Shown: positions 39,213-49,230 of the stretch, piece after piece | Layout of the letters: every line of letters begins with the position of its first letter | Numbering within the stretch: position 1 is the first letter of the stretch | NCBI GenBank assembly: GCA_037441845.1 | Contig: JBBIRK010000006.1 | Coordinates: 193,406-257,405 of the forward strand | DNA length: 64,000 nt | From: Candidatus Zixiibacteriota bacterium | GTDB lineage: Bacteria > Zixibacteria > MSB-5A5 > UBA10806 > 4484-95 | Direction of reading: 5' to 3' | The notes under the pieces: model-generated | What the model saw: only the letters and a program-made list of their open reading frames with translations | What the model was told of the DNA's origin: nothing | Database searches by the model: none | Position numbers and translations under genes: made by a program

Positions 39213-41497
39213 GCGTTATCGGGAAAAAAGTGGTACGCCGCGAGGCTTCGGCAAAGTCGAGCGGCGCCGGTTTGTTCACCGACGATATTAAAATCAATGG
39301 GATGCTCCATGCTGCGGTCGTGCGGTCGCCGGTCGCCCGAGGCAGGATAATCAGGCTGGAAAGCGATTCAGCGCGACGATTAGCCGGATTCGAGGGCCTG
39401 TTTACGTACAAGGATATTCCGGGGCGGAATTCGGTTCCCATAGTCATAGATGATCAGCCGTGTCTTGCCGAAAACAAAGTCAATTATATCGGTGAGCCGG
39501 TCGCCGTGGTCGTCGCCCGAACCAGAGAAACGGCTCGGAAGGCGGCCCAAATGGTCAAAGTGGTCTGCCGCGAGCAGCCGCCGCTTCTTGATCCCGAAAA
39601 GGCTAAAAATCACTCGAGGATTCATTTGTTCGGCGATGACAATATTTTCAAACACATGAGAATCAGACGCGGAGACGTCGAGGCGGCGTTTCGCGATTGC
39701 GACGTGATCGTGGAAAATGAATATAAAACCCCTTATCAAGAACATGCCTATATAGAGCCGCAGGCGATGATCGCCGTCCCCAATCCCGATGGGACGATCG
39801 ATATCAGCGGTTCCATGCAGTGTCCCTTTTACGTGAGGAAAGCGGTCACAACGGTTCTCGGATTAAGCGACTCCACCGTTCGGGTGATTCAATGCGCCAC
39901 CGGAGGCGCGTTCGGCGGCAAAGAAGATGTGCCGTCTCTGGTAGCCTGTCAGGCCGCACTACCTGCCTGGTTGCTCAAAAAGCCGGTGAAAATCGTCTAT
40001 GACCGCACCGAAGACATGATTTGCACTTCCAAACGGCATCCGGCGATCGTGCGATACAAATCGGGCGCCACCAAAGATGGTATCCTCCGAGCGGTGGAAG
40101 TCGAATACATAATCGATGGCGGCGCTTATGCCACGCTTTCGACCGTTGTTCTTTTTCGGGGAACAGTTCATTCTGTGGGACCATATAGATGCGAAAACAT
40201 CAAAGTGGATAGCTACGCGGTGGCCACCAACAAAGTTCCGGCGGGCGCGTTTCGAGGATTCGGATCGCCTCAGGTTTTGTTCGCGGTCGAGTCGCAGATG
40301 GATCAACTCGCCGAAAGACTCGGACTCGACCCGCTCGAATTCCGCCGCCGTAATATTCTCAAACGAAACGACCTCACGGCCACAGGGCAAAAACTCGAAT
40401 ACAGCGTGGGTTTGGAGGAAACGCTGGAAAGGGTGGTGCAGGTTTCAGGATGGAAGCCCGGACAGGAAAAAGAAAATGATACAGGTTACGGATTGTCAAC
40501 CATATTTTACGGAGTTGGATTGGGCGCCGGAGGAAAACATCTGGCCAGAACCGGAGCCGCAGTGATATTGAACGCCGACGGTTCAGCGACCTTTTCGGTG
40601 GGCACCACTGAAATCGGTCAGGGGATGACTACCGTGCTGTCGCAAATCGTGGCCGATCAACTCGGCATCCCGCTTGAATGGGTTTCGATGATCCCAACCG
40701 ATACCAGCCGAGTGCCCGACTCGGGACCGACTGTTGCCTCGCGATCGACCACTATGTCGGGCAATGCATTGCTCGACGCATGCCGCAAAATACGAAGACA
40801 GCTGGCCGAGGAAGCCGCGTCGCGGCTGAATTGCCGCCCCGAGGAAATCACCATAGACGATGGGTTTGTACGGTCGAAAACGAAATCACTGCCCATCCTC
40901 GAAGTGATCAAATCTTGTGTCGCCCACCGAAGATGTCTTGCCGCCGACGGCTGGCATGTATCGCCGCCCACAAGTTGGGACGATGAAACCGGTCAGGGCG
41001 ATGCCTATGTGGTCTATTCGTGGGCGACGAATCTGGCGCTCGTAAAAGTCGACCGCGAAACCGGCGAGGTAGATGTGAGAAAAATCTGGGCTGCTCATGA
41101 TATCGGAAAAGCGATCAATCCCGCTCTGGCCGCGGGGCAAATTGAGGGGGGCGCGTTGCAAGGACTCGGCTACGCCTTGATGGAAGAAGCGGCGGTCGAT
41201 TCGAACGGGAGATTGCTCAACACCGAATTCTCCACCTACATCCTGCCCACGGCCGAGGATCAACCCGAAATAATTCCGGAAATAGTGGAACATCCCTATC
41301 CCGACGGCCCCTATGGAGCGAAAGGATTCGGCGAACAGCCGCTGATGGGAATCGCGCCGGCCATCGCCAATGCGGTTTACGACGCGGTCGGTGTAAGAAT
41401 AAAAGACCTGCCGATCACCCCCGAAAAAATCTGGCGGGCGTTGCACGATAGGGGAAAATCGTCGCCGCAGGAAAGCAAAACAGGCAAAAACCGATGA
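39209..41497 (+). CDS. Xanthine dehydrogenase family Mo-binding subunit (copy 1)
   Basis: EHAYIEP, GGAFGGK, AFRGFG, EIGQG, GQIEGG, AKGFGE. Confidence 0.95.
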   Translation: MSVIGKKVVRREASAKSSGAGLFTDDIKINGMLHAAVVRSPVARGRIIRLESDSARRLAGFEGLFTYKDIPGRNSVPIVIDDQPCLAENKVNYIGEPVAVVVARTRETARKAAQMVKVVCREQPPLLDPEKAKNHSRIHLFGDDNIFKHMRIRRGDVEAAFRDCDVIVENEYKTPYQEHAYIEPQAMIAVPNPDGTIDISGSMQCPFYVRKAVTTVLGLSDSTVRVIQCATGGAFGGKEDVPSLVACQAALPAWLLKKPVKIVYDRTEDMICTSKRHPAIVRYKSGATKDGILRAVEVEYIIDGGAYATLSTVVLFRGTVHSVGPYRCENIKVDSYAVATNKVPAGAFRGFGSPQVLFAVESQMDQLAERLGLDPLEFRRRNILKRNDLTATGQKLEYSVGLEETLERVVQVSGWKPGQEKENDTGYGLSTIFYGVGLGAGGKHLARTGAAVILNADGSATFSVGTTEIGQGMTTVLSQIVADQLGIPLEWVSMIPTDTSRVPDSGPTVASRSTTMSGNALLDACRKIRRQLAEEAASRLNCRPEEITIDDGFVRSKTKSLPILEVIKSCVAHRRCLAADGWHVSPPTSWDDETGQGDAYVVYSWATNLALVKVDRETGEVDVRKIWAAHDIGKAINPALAAGQIEGGALQGLGYALMEEAAVDSNGRLLNTEFSTYILPTAEDQPEIIPEIVEHPYPDGPYGAKGFGEQPLMGIAPAIANAVYDAVGVRIKDLPITPEKIWRALHDRGKSSPQESKTGKNR

Positions 41498-41970
41498 AAC
41501 TCACTTTCAAACTAAACGGCAAGAAGACGTTGATCGATGCCCCAGGAAACATGCGCCTGATCGATCTGTTGCGGGAAAGGCTCGAATTGACCGGCACGAA
41601 AGAAGGATGCGGCAAGGGCGAATGCGGCGCCTGCACTGTCTTGCTCGATAATCAGGCGGTATGCTCGTGCTTGGTGTTGTCGGCGCAAATCGACGGCCGT
41701 TCGCTGATCACTATAGAGGGGGCGGAAAAGATGAAGGAAGCGGAAGCGTTGCGAACGGCATTCGCGGAAACCGGCGCTATTCAATGTGGTTTCTGCACTC
41801 CGGGGATGATTCTTTCCGCCGCGGCGCTGCTGAGAACGCATAGAAAACTGTCAGCGGCTCAGATCAAACGCCACCTCGCCGGCAACTTGTGCCGTTGCAC
41901 CGGATATTCGAAAATTATCGAAGCGGTGGAAGCGGCCGCGATTAAATTGAAAAACGGAAAACGAAAATGA
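41494..41970 (+). CDS. XDH family 2x[2Fe-2S] subunit (copy 1)
   Basis: GCGKGECGACT, QCGFCTPG, GNLCRCTGY. Confidence 0.95.
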   Translation: MKLTFKLNGKKTLIDAPGNMRLIDLLRERLELTGTKEGCGKGECGACTVLLDNQAVCSCLVLSAQIDGRSLITIEGAEKMKEAEALRTAFAETGAIQCGFCTPGMILSAAALLRTHRKLSAAQIKRHLAGNLCRCTGYSKIIEAVEAAAIKLKNGKRK

Positions 41971-42827
41971 TTAGGTCCGAAACAATCGTTCCGCGTTCCC
42001 TCGCCGATGCCTTGCGGGTGCTGATCCGGCGAGACGTCATCCCGATCGCCGGAGGCACAGATATTTTGGTGAAATTGCATGATCGAATCGATCGACCGTG
42101 GCCCCAGCTGATCGTGCTCGATAACATAAAACAACTGAAAAAAATCGATGTCGGGCGTGGTCATATCGATATCGGTGCGATGGCCACATTTACCGATATC
42201 GAACGCTCGAAAATTCTATCGAAATACGCGATGCCCCTGGTGACGGCCGTTTCCTTGGCCGGTTCGGTGCAGATTCGTAATCGTGCGACAATCGGCGGCA
42301 ACATAGCCAACGCCTCACCCGCCGGCGACACTATCCCGCCCTTGTTCGTTCTGGATGCTCAAATTGAATTGCGGTCGGCCAAGTCGGTTCGATTGGTGAA
42401 AATCGCCGATTTTTTCAATGGTCCGGGCAAAACGATCTTGAAAAGCGGTGAGCTGATAACCAAAATCCGCATACCACTGAGCGACTATCCGGGGTTCTTT
42501 CTGCGCTTGGGCACCAGAAAGGCCTTGGCCATAAGCAAGGTCTCGGTTGCAGGCAGATTCAAAATAACTTCAAACAGCATAGCCGAGGCAAGAGTAGCGC
42601 TGGGAGCGGTTGCGCCCACGGTGATCCGCGCAGCCAAAACCGAAAAGTTCCTGAACGGAAAAACGTTGGATGAGGCGACGATTGAAAAAGCCGCCGAAAT
42701 CGTTCGCGATGAAGCACGACCTATCGATGATATCAGGTCCTCCGCTGAATATCGTAAAAATATGGTCGGCGTGCTTCTGAAAAGGGGATTGCGCGGATTG
42801 ATGAATGGTTTCGTGAATGCCGACTGA
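41967..42827 (+). CDS. XDH family FAD subunit (copy 1)
   Basis: AGGTD, QIRNRATIGGNIANASPAGD, DDIRSS. Confidence 0.95.
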   Translation: MIRSETIVPRSLADALRVLIRRDVIPIAGGTDILVKLHDRIDRPWPQLIVLDNIKQLKKIDVGRGHIDIGAMATFTDIERSKILSKYAMPLVTAVSLAGSVQIRNRATIGGNIANASPAGDTIPPLFVLDAQIELRSAKSVRLVKIADFFNGPGKTILKSGELITKIRIPLSDYPGFFLRLGTRKALAISKVSVAGRFKITSNSIAEARVALGAVAPTVIRAAKTEKFLNGKTLDEATIEKAAEIVRDEARPIDDIRSSAEYRKNMVGVLLKRGLRGLMNGFVNAD

Positions 42828-42893
42828 CCGGTCCGCTGCTGGCCAATGATTGAATCCTGATAATAGGACAAAAAAGCAAACCGAAATAAGCCG

Positions 42894-45242
42894 ATGAGTG
42901 ACCAAGCCGAAAACGACTATTCGATAATCGGTAAGGATGTGCCGCGGGTCGATGTCATCGACAAAGTCACTGGACGCGCGAAATACGGCGCCGATTATTT
43001 CGCCCCCGGACAATTATACGGGGCGACCCGCTACACCGATTTCCCGCATGCGATCATTAAAAAAGTCGATATCGCAAAAGCCAAGTCGCTTTCGGGGGTC
43101 AGGGCGATTCTCACGGCGGACGACATTCCCGGTCGGCCGCTGTTCGGGGCGGTTATCGCCCACCAACCGGTTTTATGCAAAGACCGGGTCAGATTCTACG
43201 GCGACGCCGTAGCTATCGTGGCCGCCGATACCCAGGAGATCGCCGAATACGCCGCCTCGCAGATCGAAATCGACTACGAGCCGCTGCCGGTGATCGATGA
43301 TCCGGTCGCGGCCATGGCCGATGATTCGTATAGAATTCACGCCGATTCGAATATCTGCACCCACCACAAAGTGCGAAAAGGAGATATCGAAAAAGGATTC
43401 GCCGCTTCGGATTTGGTGATCGAACGCGAATACTCGACACAGCCGATAGAGCATGCCTATATCGAGCCCGAGGCTGTCTTGGCGGAACCCGGTGAAAACG
43501 GGGGAATCACCATAATCGGCAGCGTACAAAATTTGTATAACATTAGGCGGGCGGTGGCATCAGTGCTCGGTTTTCCGCTTAACCGCACCCGGATAATTCA
43601 AGCCACTCTGGGCGGTTCTTTCGGCGGCAAAGATGAAGTGATGAGCGCCATCTGCAGCCGCGCCGCCATGCTTGCTCTGGCGGTCGGCAGGCCGGTCAAG
43701 ATGGTCAACAGCCGCGAAAACTCGATGCGCGAATCGTACAAGCGTCACCCTTATAAGATGAAATATAAAGTCGGTGTAACCCGCTCTGGAATTTTGCAGG
43801 CGATGGAGATAACCATTATCGCCGATGCCGGAGCCTACGCTGCAATGTCGCCTTTCGTAACCTGGCGATCGACCGTCCAAGCGACCGGCCCATATGTCGT
43901 GCCGAACGTTAAAACCGATGTCTATGCGGTTTATACCAATAACTGTTACACCAGCGCCATGCGGGGTTTCGGATCGCCGCAGGTCTGTTTCGCTACGGAG
44001 TCGCTTATGGATGAGCTAGCCGAATCGCTTCAGCTCGATCCGCTCGAATTTCGTTTGCGTAATATTTTGCGCGACGGCTCGATTACCGCTACCGGGCAAA
44101 AGTTGACCCATAAAGTAAGCGTGGGTCAAGCATTGCAGGCGGTGGCCGATCATGCTGATTATGTCGAAAAGTATAGGGCTAATATAAACCAGACGAGTGC
44201 ATGCAAAATCCGGAAGGGTATAGGCATTTCGTGCAGTTATCGCGGCGTTTCTCTTGGAGCCGAAGGCACCGATGCCGCGGGAGTCGTTGTCTCTGTTCAG
44301 ACCGACGGCACGGTGGTGGTCTCATGTGGACTGGTGGATATGGGGCAAGGAGCCGCGACCACAATTTCGATGGTGGTGGCCGAAGAGCTCGGAATCACCA
44401 CCGACAGAATCAGATTCGTCAACGCCGATACCACACTCATCCCGGACTCGGGACCCACCGTGGCGTCGCGAACCACCATAATGGCAGGCAACGCCGCCCG
44501 CGACGGCTGCCGCAAACTGTTGGCAAAAATGAAGCCTGTCGCCTCTACTTTGCTCGGCTGTTCCGAATCGGAGCTGATAATGCGAAATAATTCCATCCGC
44601 TCGGCGCCCGACAAATCCAGCGACTCCAAAACTCTCGGGTTTTCCGAACTTGCAAGAATCTGTTTCCAGAAAGGTATTCCTCTGTTAAGCCATGGTTGGT
44701 ATAAAGCCCCCTCCACCACTTGGGATGAAGCCACCGGCCAAGGCGATGCTTATTTCACCTATGTCTATGGTGCGAATCTTGCCGAAGTCGAAGTCGACAT
44801 GGTGACCGGACAGGTGCGGGTTGTAAAGTTCGTCAGCGCTCACGATCTGGGCAGGGTGATCAATCGCAGCGGTGCGCTGGGGCAGGTGTATGGCGGCGTG
44901 GCGATGGGTCTGGGATATGGTTTGCTGGAAAATTATGCCGAACGTAAGGGAAAACCGGCACTGGAGAATTTCGATGAATACCTGTTGGCCACCTCCTGCG
45001 ATATGCCTGAGATGGAAGTGATTTTTATCGAAAATCCCGATGAATTGGGACCGCACGGAGCGAAAACGCTGGGAGAACCTGCCTGTGAACTGGCGGCCCC
45101 GGCCATCGCCAATGCAGTCGCGAACGCCACCGGCCGCCGCTGCCGCCATCTCCCGCTCACTCTCGAAAGAGTGCTTCTTGGTGTAGACCTTAACCGCGAT
45201 GAAGATAGGGAATCGGCCAAATCGAGGAATGCATCGCAATGA
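42894..45242 (+). CDS. Xanthine dehydrogenase family Mo-binding subunit (copy 2)
   Basis: EHAYIEP, GGSFGGK, AMRGFG, DMGQG, GQVYGG, AKTLGE. Confidence 0.95.
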   Translation: MSDQAENDYSIIGKDVPRVDVIDKVTGRAKYGADYFAPGQLYGATRYTDFPHAIIKKVDIAKAKSLSGVRAILTADDIPGRPLFGAVIAHQPVLCKDRVRFYGDAVAIVAADTQEIAEYAASQIEIDYEPLPVIDDPVAAMADDSYRIHADSNICTHHKVRKGDIEKGFAASDLVIEREYSTQPIEHAYIEPEAVLAEPGENGGITIIGSVQNLYNIRRAVASVLGFPLNRTRIIQATLGGSFGGKDEVMSAICSRAAMLALAVGRPVKMVNSRENSMRESYKRHPYKMKYKVGVTRSGILQAMEITIIADAGAYAAMSPFVTWRSTVQATGPYVVPNVKTDVYAVYTNNCYTSAMRGFGSPQVCFATESLMDELAESLQLDPLEFRLRNILRDGSITATGQKLTHKVSVGQALQAVADHADYVEKYRANINQTSACKIRKGIGISCSYRGVSLGAEGTDAAGVVVSVQTDGTVVVSCGLVDMGQGAATTISMVVAEELGITTDRIRFVNADTTLIPDSGPTVASRTTIMAGNAARDGCRKLLAKMKPVASTLLGCSESELIMRNNSIRSAPDKSSDSKTLGFSELARICFQKGIPLLSHGWYKAPSTTWDEATGQGDAYFTYVYGANLAEVEVDMVTGQVRVVKFVSAHDLGRVINRSGALGQVYGGVAMGLGYGLLENYAERKGKPALENFDEYLLATSCDMPEMEVIFIENPDELGPHGAKTLGEPACELAAPAIANAVANATGRRCRHLPLTLERVLLGVDLNRDEDRESAKSRNASQ

Positions 45243-46084
45243 TAAACGTCATTCAATATATCCGCCCACGCAATATCGACGAGGCGATCGAACGAATGGC
45301 CGCCGATGAGCTGGTCCCTATCGCGGGCGGCACCGACCTGATTCCCCAACTGCGGCGCGGCCGAAGTTGCCGTTTGCTCGATATCGGCCGGCTGACTCTC
45401 GGCTTCATCGAAGATATCGGAGATTGGATTGAAGTAGGAGCGGCGACGAGTCATGCCGAGATCGCCCGAAGCAAGCTGATAGGTAAGTGTCTACCGTTGT
45501 TGGGGCGGGCCTGCGGTCTCATCGGATCGGCCCAAATACGCAATCGGGGGACGATCGGCGGAAATATCGCTAACGCCTCGCCATGCGCCGATTCCGTTCC
45601 GGCTCTGCTGATTTACGACGCCGAGCTGAAACTTCTCTCACGCTCCGGCGAAAGACGCATTAAACTGGCTGAATTTATCAGCGGACCCTACCGAACGAAT
45701 CGCCGCCCGGACGAATTGATCGTCTCGATTTTATGTCGTAAAAACATCCCGACCACCGGAAACGCATTTATCAAACTTGGGAGGCGCCAAGCGGTGAATA
45801 TCTCGCGGATGAGCATAGCCGCGATAATCGAAATGGGCGCGGATCGTATTATCGGATCGGCGCGGTTGGCGGCCAGTTCAGTTTTCCCTGTGTCTTCCAG
45901 AATGCCGGAGGTGGAAAGAATGCTTTACGGAGCGACCGCAACGCCCGAACTTTTCCGAATAGCGGGTGAGGTGGCCGCGGAAACCATGGTAGCGAAATCC
46001 GGCAGGCGCTGGTCAACTCCATATAAAGAACCGGTGTTGATCGGCTTGACTGAAAGAGCTTTAACCGAAGCCGCGGATTTGTAA
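45239..46084 (+). CDS. XDH family FAD subunit (copy 2)
   Basis: AGGTD, QIRNRGTIGGNIANASPCAD. Confidence 0.93.
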   Translation: MINVIQYIRPRNIDEAIERMAADELVPIAGGTDLIPQLRRGRSCRLLDIGRLTLGFIEDIGDWIEVGAATSHAEIARSKLIGKCLPLLGRACGLIGSAQIRNRGTIGGNIANASPCADSVPALLIYDAELKLLSRSGERRIKLAEFISGPYRTNRRPDELIVSILCRKNIPTTGNAFIKLGRRQAVNISRMSIAAIIEMGADRIIGSARLAASSVFPVSSRMPEVERMLYGATATPELFRIAGEVAAETMVAKSGRRWSTPYKEPVLIGLTERALTEAADL

Positions 46085-46087
46085 CCC

Positions 46088-46645
46088 ATGTCGTCCGTGA
46101 CCGAGCAATCCAAGTTGACAGCCGCACCATCCATAAAGATCGAATTTCGGCTGAATGGGATTCCGCAGAAGCGCGATGTCCCGGTCAACTGGACTCTGCT
46201 ACGACTGCTACGCGACGATCTGGGTTTTCTGGGCACCAAGTGCGGCTGCGAAATCGGAGAATGCGGCGCCTGCACCGTGCTTTTCGATCGACGTGCCGTG
46301 AACGCTTGTCTGGTTTTGGCTCCGCAAATCGATGGCGCCGAAATCTGGACTATCGAAGGGTTGGCTGAGCCCGGAGCCGCGCGGCTGCACCCGATTCAGG
46401 AGGCTTTTATAAAATACGGCGCCGTGCATTGCGGTTTCTGCACCCCGGGTGTGGTGATGTCCGTCTTGGCGCTGTTGCTTGAAAACAAGAATCCCGATGA
46501 AGAAGAGATAAAATCCGCTTTGGCCGGCAATCTTTGCCGTTGCACCGGCTATAAGCAGATAATCGATGCCGTAAAGTCGGCAGCGGAATCTATCGGCGCA
46601 GAGGATTTGGTAAAATTCGGCGTAAATGCGGGAGGCCGGAAATGA
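46088..46645 (+). CDS. XDH family 2x[2Fe-2S] subunit (copy 2)
   Basis: GCEIGECGACT, HCGFCTPG, GNLCRCTGY. Confidence 0.95.
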   Translation: MSSVTEQSKLTAAPSIKIEFRLNGIPQKRDVPVNWTLLRLLRDDLGFLGTKCGCEIGECGACTVLFDRRAVNACLVLAPQIDGAEIWTIEGLAEPGAARLHPIQEAFIKYGAVHCGFCTPGVVMSVLALLLENKNPDEEEIKSALAGNLCRCTGYKQIIDAVKSAAESIGAEDLVKFGVNAGGRK

Positions 46646-47949
46646 AAGCCTTTTTCGATTTTGCTGGCCACGGAACATCCTATAAGAAAGAAATTTTAGG
46701 CGGGATCACCACTTTTTTCGCCATGGCATATATTATCGTGGTGAATCCGGCGATTTTGGCCAACGGCGGTATCCCGAAAGAGGCGAATTTCACCGCGACG
46801 ATCCTGGTGGCGATTATCGGAACGCTGCTGATGGGCCTCTATGCCAAAAGGCCGTTCGCGATCGCCCCGTATATGGGGGAAAACGCCTTCATCGCGTTCA
46901 CTGTCTGTTTGAGTATGGGCTACACCTGGAATCAGGCGTTAGGCGCCCTTTTCATAAGCGGGTTGATATTTGTGGTCATAACCGCGCTCAGGATTCGTGG
47001 CTGGATAACCAGAGCCATCCCCGACAGCCTTAAGCGCAGTTTCGCCGCCGGTATCGGATTGTTCATCATCTTCGTAGGATTGAATGAAACCGGTTTGGTC
47101 AGGCTGGGAATCCCCGGGGCTCCGGTGAAAATCGGTGATCTGTCGAGCGCCGGTCCGTTGCTTGCCATGTTTTGTATCCTGCTGGTATCGGTTCTCATGA
47201 TCCGCCGGGTGGCCGCCTCCATCATGATTGGTTTGCTTGTCACCACCGCTATCGCGTTCGTCACGGGTCACGCTCGACTGCCCCAATCGTTTATATCGCT
47301 TCCCCCATCGCTTGAACCGGTTCTATTCAAGCTCGATATCACAGGCGCTTTGAGTTTGAGCTTTCTGCCGGTGATCTTGGTGCTTTTCATCATGGCGTTC
47401 GTGGATACTATGGGAACACTTATCGGTGTCTCGGCTCGAGCGGGTCTGCTCGATTCCGACAATAATCTGCCGCAGATCGAAAAGCCTATGATGGCCGATG
47501 CGCTGGCCACGGTATCGGCATCGCTTTTGGGAACATCGACCGCTGGAGCGTTTATCGAGTCGGCCGCCGGTGTAGAGGCCGGCGCCCGAACCGGATTCGC
47601 CTCGGTGATAACCGCAATCATGTTTATGCTTTGCCTTTTTCTCGCCCCGATATTAGTGGCCGTACCCGCAGCAGCCTATGGAGCGGCCCTGATCGTTGTC
47701 GGTTTTCTTATGTTGGCGCCGCTTAAAAATCTGCCTTTCAACGATTATACCGAGTTGTTTCCTGCGATGGCCACGATTTGCATGATCAGCTTCACCTACA
47801 ATATCGGATTCGGCATGGCCTCCGGATTCGTGCTCTACCCGATCTTAAAATTGATCTCCGGCAAAAATAAGGGGCTGGGTGTCGGCATCTGGATTTTATT
47901 CGTGCTTTCTTTGATGTTGTTCATATTTTACCCCTATGATAAAACCTGA
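46642..47949 (+). CDS. NCS2/AzgA family purine permease
   Basis: GITTFFAMAYIIVVNP, APYMGENAF, DTMGT, IESAAG..GARTG. Confidence 0.93.
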   Translation: MKAFFDFAGHGTSYKKEILGGITTFFAMAYIIVVNPAILANGGIPKEANFTATILVAIIGTLLMGLYAKRPFAIAPYMGENAFIAFTVCLSMGYTWNQALGALFISGLIFVVITALRIRGWITRAIPDSLKRSFAAGIGLFIIFVGLNETGLVRLGIPGAPVKIGDLSSAGPLLAMFCILLVSVLMIRRVAASIMIGLLVTTAIAFVTGHARLPQSFISLPPSLEPVLFKLDITGALSLSFLPVILVLFIMAFVDTMGTLIGVSARAGLLDSDNNLPQIEKPMMADALATVSASLLGTSTAGAFIESAAGVEAGARTGFASVITAIMFMLCLFLAPILVAVPAAAYGAALIVVGFLMLAPLKNLPFNDYTELFPAMATICMISFTYNIGFGMASGFVLYPILKLISGKNKGLGVGIWILFVLSLMLFIFYPYDKT

Positions 47950-47967
47950 TTTCGGGAATACACTCGG

Positions 47968-49230
47968 ATGCTTTCGACTGACGCAACAACAACCGGCCAA
48001 TATCGTTTCGACAAGCTGGCCATAACCTATGAGGCCGAACGCTGCCTTAAATGCTTCGATGCGCCCTGCCAGGCGGCTTGCCCGGCCGAGGTGCCTATTC
48101 CCGAATTCATTCGCTCACTGGCGGGCGGCAACTTTCGCAGGGCGGCCGAGCTGGTCAGATCGGCCAACCCGATGATCGGCGTTTGCGGCGAGGTTTGCCC
48201 GTCCGAGACGTTTTGTCAAGCGGCCTGCACCCGCAACAAAATCGATCGCCCGATCGATATCAGAAATCTGCATGCCTTCGCCTCGAAATTCGATCCCCCT
48301 GTTTCAAAAACGGTGATTAACGGGCGGCCAAAAGTGGCGATCGTCGGTTCCGGCCCTGCGGCGATATCCTGCGCGGTCATGCTGGCAAAGGCGGGATACG
48401 AGCCGATTTGTTTCGAACGCAGCGAAACGGTAGGCGGCGTCCCGGCGTCAAGCATTCCGCGTTTCCGCCTGCCCGATCAAATCCTGCGTCATGACATCGA
48501 GCAGGCCGTCGCACTCGGCGTCTTTTTCCGCACAAATATGCCGATAGAAGATCCCGTAAAACTGCTGCAATCCTATAAGGCAGTTTTCGTAGCTTCCGGA
48601 TTACCGTCGGCCAAATTGACCGGGATCAAAGGCGAAAATCTGTATGGTGTAATCGATTCGCTCGAATTTCTCCGAAAAGCCAAAATGGGCGAAATCCGCC
48701 CTTTGACCGGCAGGAAAATCGTAGTAATAGGCGGCGGCAATGTTTCTTTGGATGCGGCCGCCGTCGCGGCGGATTTGGACGCCGCCCTGGTAAGATTGCT
48801 GTATCGGCGCGGCCCGCTCGAAATGAAAGTATGGCGTTCGGAACTCGAAAACGTTCAAAAACGCGGAGTGGTTATCGACTTCCTGACGGCGCCGCTTGAA
48901 TTTATCGGCGAAAACGGCAAAGTAACGGGCTTGGTCTGCGCCAAAACGACGCTTTCGGATAAGCTCGATTCGAGCAGCCGCAAGACACCGGTAATTGACG
49001 AATCATCGGCGTTCACGATTGCCGCCGATATCGTAATAATATCAATCGGACTTTACAGCAGCTATTGCCCCGAAATAGCGTTCGAACATGATACCACGTC
49101 ATCCATCGCCGGGCTGTTCGCCGGCGGCGACCTGGTGCGGGGCGAGGGGACGATAGTCGAGGCGGTCAAAGACGGCAAACTTGCCGCGCGGCGGATCATC
49201 GCATATTTGACGGAGTCCGGTCGATGTTGA
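47968..49230 (+). CDS. preT: Dihydropyrimidine dehydrogenase PreT-like FAD/NAD(P)/Fe-S subunit
   Basis: EAERCLKC..PC..CP, CGEVCP..CQAAC, GSGPA, GGGNV, YRR, FAGGD. Confidence 0.88.
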   Translation: MLSTDATTTGQYRFDKLAITYEAERCLKCFDAPCQAACPAEVPIPEFIRSLAGGNFRRAAELVRSANPMIGVCGEVCPSETFCQAACTRNKIDRPIDIRNLHAFASKFDPPVSKTVINGRPKVAIVGSGPAAISCAVMLAKAGYEPICFERSETVGGVPASSIPRFRLPDQILRHDIEQAVALGVFFRTNMPIEDPVKLLQSYKAVFVASGLPSAKLTGIKGENLYGVIDSLEFLRKAKMGEIRPLTGRKIVVIGGGNVSLDAAAVAADLDAALVRLLYRRGPLEMKVWRSELENVQKRGVVIDFLTAPLEFIGENGKVTGLVCAKTTLSDKLDSSSRKTPVIDESSAFTIAADIVIISIGLYSSYCPEIAFEHDTTSSIAGLFAGGDLVRGEGTIVEAVKDGKLAARRIIAYLTESGRC

